From assembly GCA_905215765.1 (NCBI GenBank), contig CAJMRP010000001.1, positions 1 to 53,188 on the forward strand: a stretch of 53,188 nucleotides of DNA, in the 5' to 3' direction. Positions 48,327 to 53,188 of this stretch are shown here, in pieces (within the stretch, counting starts at the first letter, position 1; every line of letters starts with the position of its first letter). The stretch comes from an uncultured bacterium (GTDB taxonomy: Bacteria; Actinomycetota; Coriobacteriia; Coriobacteriales; Coriobacteriaceae). A program made the position numbers and the translations under genes. The notes below the pieces were generated by a model. That model saw only the letters and a list, made by a program, of their open reading frames with translations, had not been told where the DNA came from and ran no database searches.

Positions 48327-48908
48327 CTACACGCGAATCGACAGGTTCTTTTTATCATCGCTCCAATTGCAAGCATTGCGCGCGGGGCATGCAAAGCAGG
48401 CGCGCGACGCTTTGTCGGCTGCATAGAGCAGACGCTCGAGCGGTTGGCTGTTCACGCGCAGCTTTCGATGGCCCAGAATGGCCGTCTTAATGGCTGCGGC
48501 ATCGGCCGGCTCAAACGCTACGTCATCGGGCATACCGCCGAGAATCGCATCAGCGACGCGTTCACTTGCAACATCATGGGATATACCCGATTCATACTGT
48601 TCATCTTTGCCGATATCGTGAAGAAGTGCCGTGGCGTAGATGACCTCGCGGTCAAATTCGAGCTGTTCCTCGAGATTCTTGATCCACATAATGCGAGCGA
48701 CATCCAGCAGGTGGTCAATACCGTGGCGGCAGAAGATGCGCCCCGATTCCAACTGTGCAATGTTGCCCAGGTGCCGCCGGAACAGACCGTTGGCACAGAT
48801 GTAATCAATGCGAGGCATGGCACCAAAAGGCGCCAGGCCCGAAGCCATAAAACCGCGACGCGGCGTTCCCTCGTCAGTATTCGATGTAAAGTCGTTGACG
48901 ACTCGCAT
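48327..48908 (-). CDS. HD-domain phosphohydrolase
   Basis: RIFCRHGIDHLLDVARI, ALLHDIG, ADKASRACFAC and CNWS motifs. Confidence 0.8.
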   Translation of the reverse strand: MRVVNDFTSNTDEGTPRRGFMASGLAPFGAMPRIDYICANGLFRRHLGNIAQLESGRIFCRHGIDHLLDVARIMWIKNLEEQLEFDREVIYATALLHDIGKDEQYESGISHDVASERVADAILGGMPDDVAFEPADAAAIKTAILGHRKLRVNSQPLERLLYAADKASRACFACPARNACNWSDDKKNLSIRV

Positions 48909-48910
48909 AG

Positions 48911-49468
48911 TTAGCGTCCCAGCATCCTAAAGAATCGCTCCTCGAGCGCCGGATCGGCCTCAAAGACGCCGCGACGAGCGAGCGTCACGGTCTTGGTGCC
49001 AGGCTTTTGCACGCCGCGCATGGTCATGCACATATGCTCAGCTTCCATGAGCACAATCGCTCCCTGGGGAGCGAGATACTCCATGAGGGCATCGGCAACT
49101 TGTGCGCACAACTGCTCCTGCAGCTGCAGACGACGGGCATAGACCTCTACCGTGCGGGCAAGCTTAGAAAGCCCCGCGACACGGCCGTTGGGGATATAAC
49201 CAATGGCAGCCTTGCCGTAAAACGGCAGCAGATGATGCTCGCACAGCGAGTAAAACGTGATGTCGCGCTCGATAACCAAATCGTTCGAAGCGACGGCAAA
49301 GGTTTTGGACAGGTGCTCCTCGGCACTCTGGTCCATACCGCCGGCGATCTCACCATACATACGGGCAACGCGCGCCGGGGTCTCCAGCAGGCCCTCACGA
49401 GTTGGGTCCTCGCCTATGCCCTCAAGCAACAGCTTAATAGCGGCCTCGACTTTTTCCTGATCGACCAT
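48911..49468 (-). CDS. folE: GTP cyclohydrolase I
   Basis: [23 protein letters not shown] and HMCMTMRG motifs. Confidence 0.95.
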   Translation of the reverse strand: MVDQEKVEAAIKLLLEGIGEDPTREGLLETPARVARMYGEIAGGMDQSAEEHLSKTFAVASNDLVIERDITFYSLCEHHLLPFYGKAAIGYIPNGRVAGLSKLARTVEVYARRLQLQEQLCAQVADALMEYLAPQGAIVLMEAEHMCMTMRGVQKPGTKTVTLARRGVFEADPALEERFFRMLGR

Positions 49469-49534
49469 CTGGGCCTCACTTTTCCGATTTTGCGTTCGCG
49501 CTATGGTACCACGCCCTCCGGCATCGGCCACAAG

Positions 49535-50116
49535 CTACATAGTATGGGTCGAATAGACCGGATCATCACGCCAAAGCTCCACGGCGTCGCAAAGCGCAAC
49601 GTTCTCACGCTCGGCACGGGCACGCGTGGCGTTCATGTCAATCACGCGTTGATTGCTCGAGCCCCTAAAGCGCAACGAGATATCGTACAGATCCTGAACG
49701 AACGGGCCGTCCACCAACATGTCGAGGCAGGCTAGGATACGGTCCGTCGCCTCAGTATGGTGGCGGCCACCCGGCATAAGCTCCTCGAGCACGTCGCCGG
49801 TAAAGCACCAAATGGTCTTGCCCGACCCCGCAGGATAGGCCGCACGCACGCGTTCGATAAAGTCAACAAGCCCCGCCTGATTCTCGGGCTCCATGGGCTC
49901 GCCGCCCAGAATCGTCAGGCCATCGATAAAGGGATGGTCGAGACTCTCGATAATCTTATCCTCGACGGCGCGATCGAACGGCTCGCCCGCAGCAAAGTCC
50001 CACGCGACAGAGTTAAAGCAATTCTTGCACCCACGACGGCACCCGCTCACAAACAGAGAAGTACGAACGCCTTCCCCATCAGCAATATCGAAATACTTAA
50101 TGTTCGCGTAGTTCAT
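49535..50116 (-). CDS. nrdG: Anaerobic ribonucleoside-triphosphate reductase activating protein
   Basis: DIADGEGVR, CRRGCKNC (radical SAM), LGGEP and FRGSSNQR motifs. Confidence 0.92.
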   Translation of the reverse strand: MNYANIKYFDIADGEGVRTSLFVSGCRRGCKNCFNSVAWDFAAGEPFDRAVEDKIIESLDHPFIDGLTILGGEPMEPENQAGLVDFIERVRAAYPAGSGKTIWCFTGDVLEELMPGGRHHTEATDRILACLDMLVDGPFVQDLYDISLRFRGSSNQRVIDMNATRARAERENVALCDAVELWRDDPVYSTHTM

Positions 50117-50131
50117 AAGTAACTCTCCCGG

Positions 50132-50215
50132 GAGGCAGGGACATATCATCCCGTCCTCAAACATTCTCGGCCTTCGGCCTGCGAAACTGCGGGCGGGACG
50201 ATATGTCCCGGCCTC
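50132..50215. repeat. GC-rich REP-like hairpin
   Basis: GAGGCAGGGACATATCATCCCGTCC pairs with 50191-50215 (22/25 matches); inner GGCC-TTC-GGCC. Confidence 0.6.
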
Positions 50216-50533
50216 ATGCAAAGGGTAACTCAATGAACGAAGCGAACATCGAGCATAGGGTTCGAGGTCCAATAAAAACTGGGTTGCGGCTCAACCGCCA
50301 TCACAAGTAAATCGCAGCTGCAGCTCGAATTATTTCCGCTAAGAACTTCGAGGAGTGAGCAGACCGCATGCTGCATCTCAGCTACGTCAACTTGGCTGCC
50401 CCGTAGCGAGGCCCCGGACCTTTACTCGATATGAGTTCCGCACGAACAGGAGGCGCCAGTGGCGCCTCCGTCGTGAGTCAGGACTGTCCGAAATTGAGAG
50501 GCAAGGCCCTGCGCCCGGCCCCTCGGTCCCCGC

Positions 50534-52210
50534 TTACGAGAGCGACGTTCTCAGCAACTCGTTGAAGAGCTTCGGATTGCCCTTGCCGCGGCTCGCCTTC
50601 ATGCACTGGCCCACCAAAAAGCCGATGACCTTCTGGTTGCCGTCACGATACTGCTGCGCCTGATCGGCACAGTTTGCCAGCACCTCGTCCACGATCGGCT
50701 GCAGCGCGCCGGCGTCGCTCACCTGACGCATACCGCGCTCGTCGACGATCTTGTTGGGGTCGTCGCCGGTCTGGGCCATGGCCTCAAAGACCTCGTGCGC
50801 CTGGTTGGAGCTGATGGCATCGGTCGCCAGCAGCTTGGCAAGCGCCGCCACCTGAGCTGGCGCGATCCCAGACTCGGTCAGCGAGACGCCGGCGCCCTTA
50901 AGGTAGGCAATCATCTCGTTCACCAGCAGGTTCGCGACCGTCTGGGCCTCTTTGCCGGCCATGCCGGCAGCGGCGGCCTCAAAGAACTCGGCAAACTCCG
51001 GGTCGCCGGCAATCTGCTCGGCGTCCGCCGTCTTAATGCCAAAGTCGACCTCAAAACGGGCACGCTTGGCATCGGGCAGCTCGGGAATCTCGCCACGGCA
51101 GCGGTCGATGAACTCGTCGTCCAGATCGAACGGCGCCAGATCGGGGTCGGGGAACAGGCGATAGTCGTCGGCCGTCTCCTTGACGCGCATGACCACGGTG
51201 CGCTTGCGGCTGGGCTCCCAGTGACGGGTCTCCTGGTAGATAATGCCGCCCTCCTCGAGCACCTCGGCCTGGCGGCAGATCTCGTAGGCAAGGCCGTCGT
51301 GCAGGCTCTTAAACGAGTTGAGGTTCTTGAGCTCGGTCTTGGTGCCCAGCTTGGTCTCGCCGCGGCGGCGCAGCGACACGTTGCCATCGCAGCGCATGGA
51401 ACCCTTCTCCATGGAGCAGTCCGAAATGCCCAGCGTCACAAAAATGCGACGGAGCTTTTCCATAAACAGGCGGGCCTCCTCGGGCGTGCGCAAATCGGGC
51501 TCAGTCACGAGCTCGATGAGCGGCGTGCCGCAGCGGTTGTAGTCGACGAGCGACTCGGCCGCGGCGGTAATGCGGCCCTCGGCACCGCCCACATGGACCA
51601 TCTTGGCAGCGTCCTCCTCCATGTGGATGCGCAGGATGCGAATGGGCACCGTGTAGGAACCGTCCTCGCGACGCTCAGGCATCTGCAGGTTGGACGCATC
51701 ATAGCTGGCCAGATGGCCGGCGCGCTGGTTGCCCTCGCGCATGGTCGACGTCATGGACGTGGACAGGCCCTCGGCGTTGGCTGAGGCGCTCGCCAGACTC
51801 TGGGCCTCGGCCTCGCCAAATGCGCAGTCGGGGCGCTCGGCGGCACCGCGACCGGTCACGTCCAGGTCCAGGTGACCGTACATGGCAAAGGCGACCGGAC
51901 CCTGCGTGGTCTGGAAGTTCTTGGCCATATCGGGATAGAAGTAATGCTTGCGGTAGAACATCGAGTGGCGCTGGATCTCGCAGTTGGTGGCGAGACCGGC
52001 CTTGACGATGCTCTCGATGGCGCGCTTGTTGGGCACCGGCAGGGCGCCAGGCAGGCCTAGGCACACCGGGCACACGTTGGCGTTGGGCTCGTCATCGTGG
52101 CTGAGCTTGCAGTTGCAGAACATCTTGGTATCGAGTGCGGTGAGCTCGGTATGGATCTCCAGGCCGATCACGGCCTCCCAATCCTGCAGGACCTCGGAAA
52201 GCTCCTTCAT
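50534..52210 (-). CDS. gatB: Asp/Glu-tRNA amidotransferase subunit B
   Basis: IGLEIH, CLGLPGALP, RKHYFYPD, HMEEDA, RCDGNVS and YRLFPDPDL motifs. Confidence 0.96.
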   Translation of the reverse strand: MKELSEVLQDWEAVIGLEIHTELTALDTKMFCNCKLSHDDEPNANVCPVCLGLPGALPVPNKRAIESIVKAGLATNCEIQRHSMFYRKHYFYPDMAKNFQTTQGPVAFAMYGHLDLDVTGRGAAERPDCAFGEAEAQSLASASANAEGLSTSMTSTMREGNQRAGHLASYDASNLQMPERREDGSYTVPIRILRIHMEEDAAKMVHVGGAEGRITAAAESLVDYNRCGTPLIELVTEPDLRTPEEARLFMEKLRRIFVTLGISDCSMEKGSMRCDGNVSLRRRGETKLGTKTELKNLNSFKSLHDGLAYEICRQAEVLEEGGIIYQETRHWEPSRKRTVVMRVKETADDYRLFPDPDLAPFDLDDEFIDRCRGEIPELPDAKRARFEVDFGIKTADAEQIAGDPEFAEFFEAAAAGMAGKEAQTVANLLVNEMIAYLKGAGVSLTESGIAPAQVAALAKLLATDAISSNQAHEVFEAMAQTGDDPNKIVDERGMRQVSDAGALQPIVDEVLANCADQAQQYRDGNQKVIGFLVGQCMKASRGKGNPKLFNELLRTSLS

Positions 52211-53187
52211 TACAGCTCGCCTCCCTTCCCGGCAAAATGGGGCGCGACGGAAAGCGCGGGCGCACCCGTGGCAGCATCGGCAAAGCCGCGCTCCAGGGCG
52301 CGGGCAAACGTGAGCAGCTGACGGTCCTTAAAGGCCGGACCCACCAGCTGGGCAGAAACGGGCAGCTGAGTATCCTCGCCCAAGCCCAGCGGCACCGAGA
52401 TACCACCGTTGCCGCAAATGTTGAGCGAGATGGTGTACAGGTCCGAAAGGTACATCTGCGTGGGGTCGCTGATCTCGCCAAACTTAAAGGCCGTGCGCGG
52501 CGAGGCGGGCATGAGGATGGTGTCCACCTTGGCATACGCGGCATCGTAGTCCTGCGTGATGAGCGTGCGGGCCTTTTGCGCGGCGTAGTAATACTTGTCG
52601 TACACGCCCGAGCTCAGCAGGTAGGCGCCGAGCATCTGACGGCGCTTGGCCTCGGCGCCAAAGCCATGGGCGCGCGAGAGCGAGCTCTGGTCGGACAGGT
52701 TGGCGCAGCCCTCCTCCTGATAGCCGTAGCGAATGCCGTCGAAGCGGGCCAGGTTGGAGAACGCCTCGGCCGGGCCGATGACGTAGTAGGCGGCGATGGC
52801 GGCGTCCAGGTGCGGCAGGTCGACCTCGACCAGCTCGGCACCCTGGTTCTGCAGCTCCTGGGCGGCGCGCTGAACAGCGGCCTTGACCTCGGGCGTCAGG
52901 CCCTCGGCCTCCATAAACGCGGGGATGATGCCTACGCGCTTGCCCTCGATGCTGTCGTTGAGGTGCTCGGTAAAGTCGACGGCGCAATCCTGGCTGGTGC
53001 AGTCGTACGGATCGTGGCCCGCGCCGGCGAGCGCGTTCATGGCCAGCGCGACATCCTCGACCGTGCGGCCAAAAGGACCCACCTGGTCGAGCGACGAGCC
53101 AAAGGCAACCACGCCGTAACGGCTCACGGCGCCATACGTGGGCTTAAAGCCCACCACGCCGCACAGCGACGCCGGCTGGCGAATGGA
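52210..53187 (-). CDS. gatA: Asp/Glu-tRNA amidotransferase subunit A (3' part; runs off window edge)
   Basis: SIRQPASLCGVVGFKPTYG, SSLDQ and SNLARFDGIRYG motifs; abuts gatB. Confidence 0.95.
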   Translation of the reverse strand, partial: SIRQPASLCGVVGFKPTYGAVSRYGVVAFGSSLDQVGPFGRTVEDVALAMNALAGAGHDPYDCTSQDCAVDFTEHLNDSIEGKRVGIIPAFMEAEGLTPEVKAAVQRAAQELQNQGAELVEVDLPHLDAAIAAYYVIGPAEAFSNLARFDGIRYGYQEEGCANLSDQSSLSRAHGFGAEAKRRQMLGAYLLSSGVYDKYYYAAQKARTLITQDYDAAYAKVDTILMPASPRTAFKFGEISDPTQMYLSDLYTISLNICGNGGISVPLGLGEDTQLPVSAQLVGPAFKDRQLLTFARALERGFADAATGAPALSVAPHFAGKGGEL

Positions 53188-53188
53188 G

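Overview
High-GC chromosomal window, most likely from a coriobacterial gut actinobacterium (Collinsella-like, judged from gene content and intergenic repeats; not verified by search). It is mostly housekeeping and metabolic genes: xpt, ettA, sdpRI, tcdA, tatD, pgi, an amino-acid ABC transporter, nfo, panE, metY with a LysR regulator, rnhA, folE/folB, nrdG and gatAB. It also carries a fructoselysine (frlBCD) catabolic cluster with a YfcC carrier and an amidohydrolase, a LexA-box-controlled Y-family polymerase/YolD pair and a large sortase-anchored surface protein. No rRNA, tRNA, CRISPR array, integrase or transposase was seen. The best candidate for an undescribed system is a three-gene cassette at 17074-19942: an orphan helical protein, a ClpP-type protease with intact catalytic motifs, and a translationally coupled VirD4/TraG-like ATPase with no membrane anchor and no conjugation genes nearby. 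Other notable signals are a Cys/Met-containing leader ORF upstream of metY, two 80-bp hairpins with compensatory changes placed just before RBSs, a MITE-like element, an HD hydrolase inside the folate operon and an orphan UreE-like gene. Several starts were moved from the ORF track to RBS-supported codons by eye.
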